Both the position numbers and the translations under genes were made by a program. Of a DNA stretch of 64,000 nucleotides, positions 39,701 through 53,300 are shown one piece after another; the first letter of the stretch is position 1, and each line of letters opens with the position of its first letter. Origin of the DNA: Eledone cirrhosa (Eukaryota); assembly GCA_964016885.1 (NCBI GenBank), contig OZ024750.1:41044001-41108000 (forward strand). Reading direction: 5' to 3'. The notes below the pieces were generated by a model. That model saw nothing but the letters and a program-made list of their open reading frames with translations, was not told the origin of the DNA and searched no databases.

Positions 39701-42700
39701 TGCTAAGACTGGCAGAAGTGATAAGACCTAACCTCAAATTGCTAAGACCGTCAAAGGTGGTAAGACCTAACCTCAAATTGCTAAGACTGGCAGAAGTGAT
39801 AAGAGCTAACCTCAAATTGCTAAGACTGGCAGATGTGGTAAGATCTAACCTCAAATTGCTAAGACTGGCAGAGGAGGTAAGACCTAACCTCAAATTGCTA
39901 AGACTGGCAGAAGTGATAAGACCAAACCTCAAATTGCTAAGACTGGCAGAAGTGGTAAGACCTAACCTCAAATTGTTAAGACTGGCAGAGGTGGTAAGAC
40001 CTAACCTCAAATTGCTAAGATTGACAGAAGTGGTAAGACCTAACCTCAAATTGCTAAGACTGGCAGAGGTGGTAAGACCTAACTTCAAATTGCTAAGACT
40101 GGCAGAAGTGGTAAGACCTAACCTCAAATTGCTAAGTCTGACAGAAGTGGTAAGATCTAACCTCAAATTGCTAAGACTGGCAGAGGTGGTAAGACCTAAC
40201 CTCAAATTGCTAAGACTGGCAGAGTTGGTAAGACCTAACCTAAAATTGCTAAGACCGGCAAAGGTGGTAAGACCTAACCTCAAATTGCTAAGACTGGCAG
40301 AAGTGGTAAGACCTAACCTCAAATTGTTAAGACTGGCAGAGGTGGTAAGACCAAACCTCAAATTGCTAAGACTGGCAGAAGTGATAAGACCAAACCTCAA
40401 ATTGCTAAGACTGGCAGAAGTGGTAAGACCTAACCTCAAATTGCTAAGACTGGTAGAGGGGGTAAGACCTAACCTCAAATTGCTAAGACTGGCAGAAGTG
40501 GTAAGACCTAACCTCAAATTGCTAAGACTCAGAGGTGGTAAGACCTCACCTCAAATTGCTAAGATTGACAGAAGTGGTAAGACCTAACCTCAACTTGCTA
40601 AGACTGGCAGAGGTGGTAAGACCTAACCTTAAATTGCTAAGACTGGCAGAAGTGGTAAGACCTAACCTCAAATTGCTAAGACTGGCAGAAGTGGTAAAAC
40701 CTATCCTCAAATTGCTAAGACTGGCAGAAGTGGTAAGACCTAACCTCAAATTGCTAAGACTGACAGAAGTGGTAAGACCCAACCTCAAATTGCTAAGACT
40801 GGCAGAGGTGGTAAGACCTAACCTCAAATTGCTAAGACTGGCAGAGGTGGTAAGACCTAATCTCAAATTGCTAAGACTGGCAGAGTTGGTAAGACCTAAC
40901 CTCAAATTGCTAAGACCGGCAAAGGTGGTAAGACCTAACCTCAAATTGCTAAGACCGGCAAAGGTGGTAAGACCTAACCTCAAATTGCTAAGACTGGCAG
41001 AAGTGATAAGAGCTAACCTCAAATTGCTAAGACTGGCAGCTGTGGTAAGACCTAACCTCAAATTGCTAAGACTGGCAGAGGATGTAAGACCTAACCTCAA
41101 ATTGCTAAGACTGGCAGAAGTGGTAAGACCTAACCTCAAATTGCTAAGACTGCCAGAAGTGGTAAGACCTAACCTCAAATTGCTAAGACTGGCAGAGGTG
41201 GTAAGACCTAACCTCAAATTGCTAAGACTGGCAGAGGTGGTAAGACCTAACCTCAAATTGCTAAGACTGGCAGAGGTGGTAAGACCTAACCTCAAATTGT
41301 TAAGACTGGCAGAAGTGATAAGACCAAACCTCAAATTGCTAAGACTGGCAGAAGTGGTAAGACCTAACTTCAAATTGTTAAGACTGGCAGAGGTGGTAAG
41401 ACCTAACCTCAAATTGCTAAGACTGACAGAAGTGGTAAGACCTAACCTCAAATTGCTAAGACTGGTAGAGGTGGTAAGACCTAACCTCAAATTGCTAAGA
41501 CTGGCAGAAGTGGTAAGACCTAACCTCAAATTGCTAAGACTGGCAGAAGTGGTAAGACCTAACCTCAAATTGCTAAGACTGGCAGAGGTGGTAAGACCTA
41601 ACCTCAAATTGCTAAGACTGGCAGAAGTGGTAAGACCTAACCTCAAATTGCTAAGACTGGCTGAAGTGGTAAGACCTAACCTCAACTTGCTAAGACTGGC
41701 AGAGGTGGTAAGACCTAACCTTAAATTGCTAAGACTGGCAGAAGTGGTAAGACCTAACCTCAACTTGCTAAGACTGGCAGAAGTGGTAAAACCTATCCTC
41801 AAATTGCTAAGACTGGCAGAAGTGGTAAGACCTAACCTCAAATTGCTAAGACTGACAGAAGTGGTAAGACCTAACCTCAAATTGCTAAGACTGGCAGAGG
41901 TGGTAAGACCTAACCTCAAATTGCTAAGACTGGCAGAGGTGGTAAGACCTAATCTCAAATTGCTAAGACTGGCAGAGTTGGTAAGACCTAACCTCAAATT
42001 GCTAAGACCGGCAAAGGTGGTAAGACCTAACATCAAATTGCTAAGACCGGTAAAGGTGGTAAGACCTAACCTCAAATTGCTAAGACTGGCAGAAGTGATA
42101 AGAGCTAACCTCAAATTGCTAAGACTGGCAGCTGTGGTAAGACCTAACCACAAATTGCTAAGACTGGCAGAGGATGTAAGACCTAACCTCAAATTGTTAA
42201 GACTGGCAGAAGTGATAAGACCAAACCTCAAATTGCTAAGACTGGCAGAGGTGGTAAGACCAAACCTCAAATTGCTAAGACTGGCAGAAGTGGTAAGACC
42301 TAACCTCAAATTATTAAGACTGGCAGAAGTGGTAAGACCTAACCTCAAATTGCTAAGACTGGCAGAAGTGGTAAGACCTAACCTCAAATTGCTAAGACTG
42401 ACAGAAGTGGTAAGACCTAACCTCAAATTGCTAAAACTGGCAGAAGTGATAAGAGCTAACCTCAAATTGCTAAGACTGGCAGCTGTGGTAAGACCTAACC
42501 TCAAATTGCTAAGACTGGCAGAGGATGTAAGACCTAACCTCAAATTGCTAAGACTGGCAGAAGTGGTAAGACCTAACCTCAAATTCATAAGACTGGCAGA
42601 AGTGGTAAGACCTAACCTCAAATTGCTAAGACTGGCAGAGGTGGTAAGACCTAACCTCAAATTGCTAAGACTGGCAGAGGTGGTAAGACCTAACCTCAAA

Positions 42701-44346
42701 TTGCTAAGACTGGCAGAGGTGGTAAGACCTAACCTCAAATTGTTAAGACTGGCAGAAGTGATAAGACCAAACCTCAAATTGCTAAGACTGGCAGAAGTGG
42801 TAAGACCTAACCTCAAATTGTTAAGACTGGCAGAGGTGGTAAGACCTAACCTCAAATTGCTAAGACTGACAGAAGTGGTAAGACCTAACCTCAAATTGCT
42901 AAGACTGGCAGAGGTGGTAAGACCTAACCTCAAATTGCTAAGACTGGCAGAAGTGGTAAGACCTAACCTCAAATTGCTAAGACTGGCAGAAGTGGTAAGA
43001 CCTAATCTCAAATTGCTAAGACTGGCAGAGGTGGTAAGACCTAACCTCAAATTGCTAAGACTGGCAGAAGTGGTAAGACCTAACCTCAAATTGCTAAGAC
43101 TGGCTGAAGTGGTAAGACCTAACCTCAACTTGCTAAGACTGGCAGAGGTGGTAAGACCTAACCTTAAATTGCTAAGACTGGCAGAAGTGGTAAGACCTAA
43201 CCTCAACTTGCTAAGACTGGCAGAAGTGGTAAAACCTATCCTCAAATTGCTAAGACTGGCAGAAGTGGTAAGACCTAACCTCAAATTGCTAAGACTGACA
43301 GAAGTGGTAAGACCTAACCTCAAATTGCTAAGACTGGCAGAGGTGGTAAGACCTAACCTCAAATTGCTAAGACTGGCAGAGGTGGTAAGACCTAATCTCA
43401 AATTGCTAAGACTGGCAGAGTTGGTAAGACCTAACCTCAAATTGCTAAGACCGGCAAAGGTGGTAAGACCTAACCTCAAATTGCTAAGACCGGCAAAGGT
43501 GGTAAGACCTAACCTCAAATTGCTAAGACTGGCAGAAGTGATAAGACCTAACCTCAAATTGCTAAGACCGTCAAAGGTGGTAAGACCTAACCTCAAATTG
43601 CTAAGACTGGCAGAAGTGATAAGAGCTAACCTCAAATTGCTAAGACTGGCAGATGTGGTAAGATCTAACCTCAAATTGCTAAGACTGGCAGAGGAGGTAA
43701 GACCTAACCTCAAATTGCTAAGACTGGCAGAAGTGATAAGACCAAACCTCAAATTGCTAAGACTGGCAGAAGTGGTAAGACCTAACCTCAAATTGTTAAG
43801 ACTGGCAGAGGTGGTAAGACCTAACCTCAAATTGCTAAGATTGACAGAAGTGGTAAGACCTAACCTCAAATTGCTAAGACTGGCAGAGGTGGTAAGACCT
43901 AACTTCAAATTGCTAAGACTGGCAGAAGTGGTAAGACCTAACCTCAAATTGCTAAGTCTGACAGAAGTGGTAAGATCTAACCTCAAATTGCTAAGACTGG
44001 CAGAGGTGGTAAGACCTAACCTCAAATTGCTAAGACTGGCAGAGTTGGTAAGACCTAACCTAAAATTGCTAAGACCGGCAAAGGTGGTAAGACCTAACCT
44101 CAAATTGCTAAGACTGGCAGAAGTGGTAAGACCTAACCTCAAATTGTTAAGACTGGCAGAGGTGGTAAGACCAAACCTCAAATTGCTAAGACTGGCAGAA
44201 GTGATAAGACCAAACCTCAAATTGCTAAGACTGGCAGAAGTGGTAAGACCTAACCTCAAATTGCTAAGACTGGTAGAGGGGGTAAGACCTAACCTCAAAT
44301 TGCTAAGACTGGCAGAAGTGGTAAGACCTAACCTCAAATTGCTAAG
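36707..44346. repeat. Two near-identical tandem 3820-bp (98-monomer) higher-order repeat units; a related 97-monomer unit lies at 21033-24813
   Basis: The two ORF translations are both 1290 aa and almost identical. A shared private variant tgccagaag is at 37331/41151. Only a handful of substitutions distinguish the units. Confidence 0.92.
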
Positions 44347-47300
44347 ACTCAGAGGTGGTAAGACCTCACCTCAAATTGCTAAGATTGACAGAAGTGGTAA
44401 GACCTAACCTCAACTTGCTAAGACTGGCAGAGGTGGTAAGACCTAACCTTAAATTGCTAAGACTGGCAGAAGTGGTAAGACCTAACCTCAAATTGCTAAG
44501 ACTGGCAGAAGTGGTAAAACCTATCCTCAAATTGCTAAGACTGGCAGAAGTGGTAAGACCTAACCTCAAATTGCTAAGACTGACAGAAGTGGTAAGACCC
44601 AACCTCAAATTGCTAAGACTGGCAGAGGTGGTAAGACCTAACCTCAAATTGCTAAGACTGGCAGAGGTGGTAAGACCTAATCTCAAATTGCTAAGACTGG
44701 CAGAGTTGGTAAGACCTAACCTCAAATTGCTAAGACCGGCAAAGGTGGTAAGACCTAACCTCAAATTGCTAAGACTGGCAGAAGTGATAAGAGCTAACCT
44801 CAAATTGCTAAGACTGGCAGCTGTGGTAAGACCTAACCTCAAATTGCTAAGACTGGCAGAGGATGTAAGACCTAACCTCAAATTGCTAAGACTGGCAGAA
44901 GTGGTAAGACCTAACCTCAAATTGCTAAGACTGGCAGAAGTGGTAAGACCTAACCTCAAATTGCTAAGACTGGCAGAGGTGGTAAGACCTAACCTCAAAT
45001 TGCTAAGACTGGCAGAGGTGGTAAGACCTAACCTCAAATTGCTAAGACTGGCAGAGGTGGTAAGACCTAACCTCAAATTGTTAAGACTGGCAGAAGTGAT
45101 AAGACCAAACCTCAAATTGCTAAGACTGGCAGAAGTGGTAAGACCTAACCTCAAATTGTTAAGACTGGCAGAGGTGGTAAGACCTAACCTCAAATTGCTA
45201 AGACTGACAGAAGTGGTAAGACCTAACCTCAAATTGCTAAGACTGGCAGAGGTGGTAAGACCTAACCTCAAATTGCTAAGACTGGCAGAAGTGGTAAGAC
45301 CTAACCTCAAATTGCTAAGACTGGCAGAAGTGGTAAGACCTAACCTCAAATTGCTAAGACTGGCAGAGGTGGTAAGACCTAACCTCAAATTGCTAAGACT
45401 GGCAGAAGTGGTAAGACCTAACCTCAAATTGCTAAGACTGGCTGAAGTGGTAAGACCTAACCTCAACTTGCTAAGACTGGCAGAGGTGGTAAGACCTAAC
45501 CTTAAATTGCTAAGACTGGCAGAAGTGGTAAGACCTAACCTCAACTTGCTAAGACTGGCAGAAGTGGTAAAACCTATCCTCAAATTGCTAAGACTGGCAG
45601 AAGTGGTAAGACCTAACCTCAAATTGCTAAGACTGACAGAAGTGGTAAGACCTAACCTCAAATTGCTAAGACTGGCAGAGGTGGTAAGACATAACCTGAA
45701 ATTGCTAAGACTGGCAGAGGTGGTAAGACCTAATCTCAAATTGCTAAGACTGGCAGAGTTGGTAAGACCTAACCTCAAATTGCTAAGACCGGCAAAGGTG
45801 GTAAGACCTAACCTCAAATTGCTAAGACCGGCAAAGGTGGTAAGACCTAACCTCAAATTGCTAAGACTGGCAGAAGTGATAAGAGCTAACCTCAAATTGC
45901 TAAGACTGGCAGCTGTGGTAAGACCTAACCTCAAATTGCTAAGACTGGCAGAGGATGTAAGACCTAACCTCAAATTGTTAAGACTGGCAGAAGTGATAAG
46001 ACCAAACCTCAAATTGCTAAGACTGGCAGAGGTGGTAAGACCAAACCTCAAATTGCTAAGACTGGCAGAAGTGGTAAGACCTAACCTCAAATTATTAAGA
46101 CTGGCAGAAGTGGTAAGACCTAACCTCAAATTGCTAAGACTGGCAGAAGTGGTAAGACCTAACCTCAAATTGCTAAGACTGACAGAAGTGGTAAGACCTA
46201 ACCTCAAATTGCTAAAACTGGCAGAAGTGATAAGAGCTAACCTCAAATTGCTAAGACTGGCAGCTGTGGTAAGACCTAACCTCAAATTGCTAAGACTGGC
46301 AGAGGATGTAAGACCTAACCTCAAATTGCTAAGACTGGCAGAAGTGGTAAGACCTAACCTCAAATTCATAAGACTGGCAGAAGTGGTAAGACCTAACCTC
46401 AAATTGCTAAGACTGGCAGAGGTGGTAAGACCTAACCTCAAATTGCTAAGACTGGCAGAGGTGGTAAGACCTAACCTCAAATTGCTAAGACTGGCAGAAG
46501 TGATAAGAGCTAACCTCAAATTGCTAAGACTGGCAGCTGTGGTAAGACCTAACCTCAAATTGCTAAGACTGGCAGAGGATGTAAGACCTAACCTCAAATT
46601 GTTAAGACTGGCAGAAGTGATAAGACCAAACCTGAAATTGCTAAGACTGGCAGAGGTGGTAAGACCAAACCTCAAATTGCTAAGACTGGCAGAAGTGGTA
46701 AGACCTAACCTCAAATTATTAAGACTGGCAGAAGTGGTAAGACCTAACCTCAAATTGCTAAGACTGGCAGAAGTGGTAAGACCTAACCTCAAATTGCTAA
46801 GACTGACAGAAGTGGTAAGACCTAACCTCAAATTGCTAAAACTGGCAGAAGTGATAAGAGCTAACCTCAAATTGCTAAGACTGGCAGCTGTGGTAAGACC
46901 TAACCTCAAATTGCTAAGACTGGCAGAGGATGTAAGACCTAACCTCAAATTGCTAAGACTGGCAGAAGTGGTAAGACCTAACCTCAAATTCATAAGACTG
47001 GCAGAAGTGGTAAGACCTAACCTCAAATTGCTAAGACTGGCAGAGGTGGTAAGACCTAACCTCAAATTGCTAAGACTGGCAGAGGTGGTAAGACCTAACC
47101 TCAAATTGCTAAGACTGGCAGAGGTGGTAAGACCTAACCTCAAATTGTTAAGACTGGCAGAAGTGATAAGACCAAACCTCAAATTGCTAAGACTGGCAGA
47201 AGTGGTAAGACCTAACCTCAAATTGTTAAGACTGGCGAGGTGGTAAGACCTAACCTCAAATTGCTAAGACTGACACAAGTGGTAAGACCTAACCTCAAAT

Positions 47301-50300
47301 TGCTAAGACTGGCAGAGGTGGTAAGACCTAACCTCAAATTGCTAAGACTGGCAGAAGTGGTAAGACCTAACCTCAAATTGCTAAGACTGGCAGAAGTGGT
47401 AAGACCTAACCTCAAATTGCTAAGACTGGCAGAGGTGGTAAGACCTAACCTCAAATTGCTAAGACTGGCAGAAGTGGTAAGACCTAACCTCAAATTGCTA
47501 AGACTGGCTGAAGTGGTAAGACCTAACCTCAACTTGCTAAGACTGGCAGAGGTGGTAAGACCTAACCTTAAATTGCTCAGACTGGCAGAAGTGGTAAGAC
47601 CTAACCTCAACTTGCTAAGACTGGCAGAAGTGGTAAAACCTATCCTCAAATTGCTAAGACTGGCAGAAGTGGTAGGACCTAACCTCAAATTGCTAAGACT
47701 GACAAAAGTGGTAAGACCTAACCTCAAATTGCTAAGACTGGCAGAGGTGGTAAGACCTAACCTCAAATTGCTAAGACTGGCAGAGGTGGTAAGACCTAAT
47801 CTCAAATTGCTAAGACTGGCAGAGTTGGTAAGACCTAACCTCAAATTGCTAAGACCGGCAAAGGTGGTAAGACCTAACCTCAAATTGCTAAGACCGGCAA
47901 AGGTGGTAAGACCTAACCTCAAATTGCTAAGACTGGCAGAAGTGATAAGAGCTAACCTCAAATTGCTAAGACTGGCAGCTGTGGTAAGACCTAACCTCAA
48001 ATTGCTAAGACTGGCAGAGGATGTAAGACCTAACCTCAAATTGTTAAGACTGGCAGAAGTGATAAGACCAAACCTCAAATTGCTAAGACTGGCAGAGGTG
48101 GTAAGACCAAACCTCAAATTGCTAAGACTGGCAGAAGTGGTAAGACCTAACCTCAAATTATTAAGACTGGCAGAAGTGGTAAGACCTAACCTCAAATTGC
48201 TAAGACTGGCAGAAGTGGTAAGACCTAACCTCAAATTGCTAAGACTGACAGAAGTGGTAAGACCTAACCTCAAATTGCTAAGACTGGCAGAGGTGGTAAG
48301 ACCTAACCTCAAATTGCTAAGACTGGCAGAAGTGGTAAGACCTAACCTCAAATTGCTAAGACTGTCAGAGGTGGTAAGACCTAACATCAAATTGCTAAGA
48401 CTGACAGAAGTGGTAAGACCTAACCTCAAATTGCTAAGACTGGCAGAGGTGGTAAGACCTAACCTCAAATTGCTAAGACTGGCAGAGGTGGTAAGACCTA
48501 ACCTCAAATTGCTAAGACTGGCAGAGGTGGTAAGACCTAACCTCAAATTGCTAAGACTGGCAGAGTTGGTAAGACCTAACCTCAAATTGCTAAGACCGTC
48601 AAAGGTGGTAAGACCTAACTTCAAATTGCTAAGACTGGCAGAAGTGATAAGAGCTAACCTCAAATTGCTAAGACTGGCAGATGTGGTAAGATCTAACCTC
48701 AAATTGCTAAGACTGGCAGAGGAGGTAAGACCTAACCTCAAATTGCTAAGACTGGCAGAAGTGGTAAGACCTAACCTCAAGTTGCTAAGACTGGCAGAAG
48801 TGGTAAGACCTAACCTCAAATTGCTAAGACTGGCAGAAGTGGTAAGACCTAACCTCAAATTGCTAAGACTGACAGAAGTGGTAAGACCTAACCTCAAATT
48901 GCTAAGACTGGCAGAGGTGGTAAGACCTAACCTCAAATTGCTAAGACTGGCAGAGGTGGTAAGACCTAACCTCAAATTGCTAAGACTGGCAGAGGTGGTA
49001 AGACCTAACCTAAAATTGCTAAGACTGGCAGAAGTGGTAAGACCTAACCTCAACTTGCTAAGACTGGCAGAGGTGGTAAGACCTAACCTTAAATTGCTAA
49101 GACTGGCAGAAGTGGTAAGACCTAACCTCAAATTGCTAAGACTGACAGAAGTGGTAAGACCTAACCTCAAATTGCTAAGACTGGCAGAGGTGGTAAGACC
49201 TAACCTCAAATTGCTAAGACTGGCAGAGGTGGTAAGACCTAATCTCAAATTGCTAAGACTGGCAGAGTTGGTAAGACCTAACCTCAAATTGCTAAGACCG
49301 GCAAAGGTGGTAAGACCTAACCTCAAATTGCTAAGACCGGCAAAGGTGGTAAGACCTAACCTCAAATTGCTAAGACTGGCAGAAGTGATAAGAGCTAACC
49401 TCAAATTGCTAAGACTGGCAGCTGTGGTAAGACCTAACCTCAAATTGCTAAGACTGGCAGAGGATGTAACACCTAACCTCAAATTGTTAAGACTGGCAGA
49501 AGTGATAAGACCAAACCTCAAATTGCTAAGACTGGCAGAGGTGGTAAGACCAAACCTCAAATTGCTAAGACTGGCAGAAGTGGTAAGACCTAACCTCAAA
49601 TTATTAAGACTGGCAGAAGTGGTAAGACCTAACCTCAAATTGCTAAGACTGGCAGAAGTGGTAAGACCTAACCTCAAATTGCTAAGACTGACAGAAGTGG
49701 TAAGACCTAACCTCAAATTGCTAAGACTGGCAGAGGTGGTAAGACCTAACCTCAAATTGCTAAGACTGGCAGAGTTGGTAAGACCTAACCTCAAATTGCT
49801 AAGACCGTCAAAGGTGGTAAGACCTAACCTCAAATTGCTAAGACTGGCAGAAGTGATAAGAGCTAACCTCAAATTGCTAAGACTGGCAGATGTGGTAAGA
49901 TCTAACCTCAAATTGCTAAGACTGGCAGAGGAGGTAAGACCTAACCTCAAATTGCTAAGACTGGCAGAAGTGGTAAGACCTAACCTCAAGTTGCTAAGAC
50001 TGGCAGAAGTGGTAAGACCTAACCTCAAATTGCTAAGACTGGCAGAAGTGGTAAGACCTAACCTCAAATTGCTAAGACTGACAGAAGTGGTAAGACCTAA
50101 CCTCAAATTGCTAAGACTGGCAGAGGTGGTAAGACCTAACCTCAAATTGCTAAGACTGGCAGAGGTGGTAAGAACTAACCTCAAATTGCTAAGACTGGCA
50201 GAGGTGGTAAGACCTAACCTAAAATTGCTAAGACTGGCAGAAGTGGTAAGACCTAACCTCAACTTGCTAAGACTGGCAGAGGTGGTAAGACCTAACCTTA

Positions 50301-53300
50301 AATTGCTAAGACTGGCAGAAGTGGTAAGACCTAACCTCAAATTGCTAAGACTGACAGAAGTGGTAAGACCTAACCTCAAATTGCTAAGACTGGCAGAGGT
50401 GGTAAGACCTAACCTCAAATTGCTAAGACTGGCAGAGGTGGTAAGACCTAATCTCAAATTGCTAAGACTGGCAGAGTTGGTAAGACCTAACCTCAAATTG
50501 CTAAGACCGGCAAAGGTGGTAAGACCTAACCTCAAATTGCTAAGACCGGCAAAGGTGGTAAGACATAACCTCAAATTGCTAAGACTGGCAGAAGTGATAA
50601 GAGCTAACCTCAAATTGCTAAGACTGGCAGCTGTGGTAAGACCTAACCTCAAATTGCTAAGACTGGCAGAGGATGTAAGACCTAACCTCAAATTGTTAAG
50701 ACTGGCAGAAGTGATAAGACCAAACCTCAAATTGCTAAGACTGGCAGAGGTGGTAAGACCAAACCTCAAATTGCTAAGACTGGCAGAAGTGGTAAGACCT
50801 AACCTCAAATTATTAAGACTGGCAGAAGTGGTAAGACCTAACCTCAAATTGCTAAGACTGGCAGAAGTGGTAAGACCTAACCTCAAATTATTAAGACTGG
50901 CAGAAGTGGTAAGACCTAACCTCAAATTGCTAAGACTGGCAGAAGTGGTAAGACCTAACCTCAAATTGCTAAGACTGACAGAAGTGGTAAGACCTAACCT
51001 CAAATTGCTAAGACTGGCAGAGGTGGTAAGACCTAACCTCAATTTGCTAAGACTGGCAGAAGTGGTAAGACCTAACCTCAAATTGCTAAGACTGTCAGAG
51101 GTGGTAAGACCTAACATCAAATTGCTAAGACTGACAGAAGTGGTAAGACCTAACCTCAACTTGCTAAGACTGGCAGAAGTGGTAAAACCTATCCTCAAAT
51201 TGCTAAGACTGGCAGAAGTGGTAGGACCTAACCTCAAATTGCTAAGACTGACAGAAGTGGTAAGACCTAACCTCAAATTGCTAAGACTGGCAGAGGTGGT
51301 AAGACCTAACCTCAAATTGCTAAGACTGGCAGAGGTGGTAAGACCTAATCTCAAATTGCTAAGACTGGCAGAGTTGGTAAGACCTAACCTCAAATTGCTA
51401 AGACCGGCAAAGGTGGTAAGACCTAACCTCAAATTGCTAAGACCGGCAAAGGTGGTAAGACCTAACCGCAAATTGCTAAGACTGGCAGAAGTGATAAGAG
51501 CTAACCTCAAATTGCTAAGACTGGCAGCTGTGGTAAGACCTAACCTCAAATTGCTAAGACTGGCAGAGGATGTAAGACCTAACCTCAAATTGTTAAGACT
51601 GGCAGAAGTGATAAGACCAAACCTCAAATTGCTAAGACTGGCAGAGGTGGTAAGACCAAACCTCAAATTGCTAAGACTGGCAGAAGTGGTAAGACCTAAC
51701 CTCAAATTATTAAGACTGGCAGAAGTGGTAAGACCTAACCTCAAATTGCTAAGACTGGCAGAAGTGGTAAGACCTAACCTCAAATTGCTAAGACTGACAG
51801 AAGTGGTAAGGCCTAACCTCAAATTGCTAAGACTGGCAGAGGTGGTAAGACCTAACCTCAAATTGCTAAGACTGGCAGAAGTGGTAAGACCTAACCTCAA
51901 ATTGCTAAGACTGTCAGAGGTGGTAAGACCTAACATCAAATTGCTAAGACTGACAGAAGTGGTAAGACCTAACCTCAAATTGCTAAGACTGGCAGAGGTG
52001 GTAAGACCTAACCTCAAATTGCTAAGACTGGCAGAGGTGGTAAGACCTAACCTCAAATTGCTAAGACTGGCAGAGGTGGTAAGACCTAACCTCAAATTGC
52101 TAAGACTGGCAGAGTTGGTAAGACCTAACCTCAAATTGCTAAGACCGTCAAAGGTGGTAAGACCTAACCTCAAATTGCTAAGACTGGCAGAAGTGATAAG
52201 AGCTAACCTCAAATTGCTAAGACTGGCAGATGTGGTAAGATCTAACCTCAAATTGCTAAGACTGGCAGAGGAGGTAAGACCTAACCTCAAATTGCTAAGA
52301 CTGGCAGAAGTGGTAAGACCTAACCTCAAGTTGCTAAGACTGGCAGAAGTGGTAAGACCTAACCTCAAATTGCTAAGACTGGCAGAAGTGGTAAGACCTA
52401 ACCTCAAATTGCTAAGACTGACAGAAGTGGTAAGACCTAACCTCAAATTGCTAAGACTGGCAGAGGTGGTAAGACCTAACCTCAAATTGCTAAGACTGGC
52501 AGAGGTGGTAAGACCTAACCTCAAATTGCTAAGACTGGCAGAGGTGGTAAGACCTAACCTAAAATTGCTAAGACTGGCAGAAGTGGTAAGACCTAACCTC
52601 AACTTGCTAAGACTGGCAGAGGTGGTAAGACCTAACCTTAAATTGCTAAGACTGGCAGAAGTGGTAAGACCTAACCTCAAATTGCTAAGACTGACAGAAG
52701 TGGTAAGACCTAACCTCAAATTGCTAAGACTGGCAGAGGTGGTAAGACCTAATCTCAAATTGCTAAGACTGGCAGAGTTGGTAAGACCTAACCTCAAATT
52801 GCTAAGACCGGCAAAGGTGGTAAGACCTAACCTCAAATTGCTAAGACCGGCAAAGGTGGTAAGACCTAACCTCAAATTGCTAAGACTGGCAGAAGTGATA
52901 AGAGCTAACCTCAAATTGCTAAGACTGGCAGCTGTGGTAAGACCTAACCTCAAATTGCTAAGACTGGCAGAGGATGTAAGACCTAACCTCAAATTGTTAA
53001 GACTGGCAGAAGTGATAAGACCAAACCTCAAATTGCTAAGACTGGCAGAGGTGGTAAGACCAAACCTCAAATTGCTAAGACTGGCAGAAGTGGTAAGACC
53101 TAACCTCAAATTATTAAGACTGGCAGAAGTGGTAAGACCTAACCTCAAATTGCTAAGACTGGCAGAAGTGGTAAGACCTAACCTCAAATTGCTAAGACTG
53201 ACAGAAGTGGTAAGACCTAACCTCAAATTGCTAAGACTGGCAGAGGTGGTAAGACCTAACCTCAAATTGCTAAGACTGGCAGAGTTGGTAAGACCTAACC

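Larger units (their letters stand above)
15031..44380. repeat. Seven copies of a 37-bp variant monomer (GG deleted: ...aagactcagaggtggtaagacctcacctc) delimiting higher-order units
   Basis: 'actcagagg' occurs at 15031, 18656, 21033, 24814, 36707, 40527 and 44347. Spacings are 3625, 2377, 3781, 11893, 3820 and 3820 bp, i.e. 93, 61, 97, 305, 98 and 98 monomers minus 2 bp each. These match the ORF-track frameshifts. Confidence 0.95.

Noticed and set aside
47231-47240. 1-bp deletion (actggcgagg)
   Set aside because: It is a singleton absent from the paralogous position near 27620, so it is either a sequencing error or a private mutation with no structural meaning.
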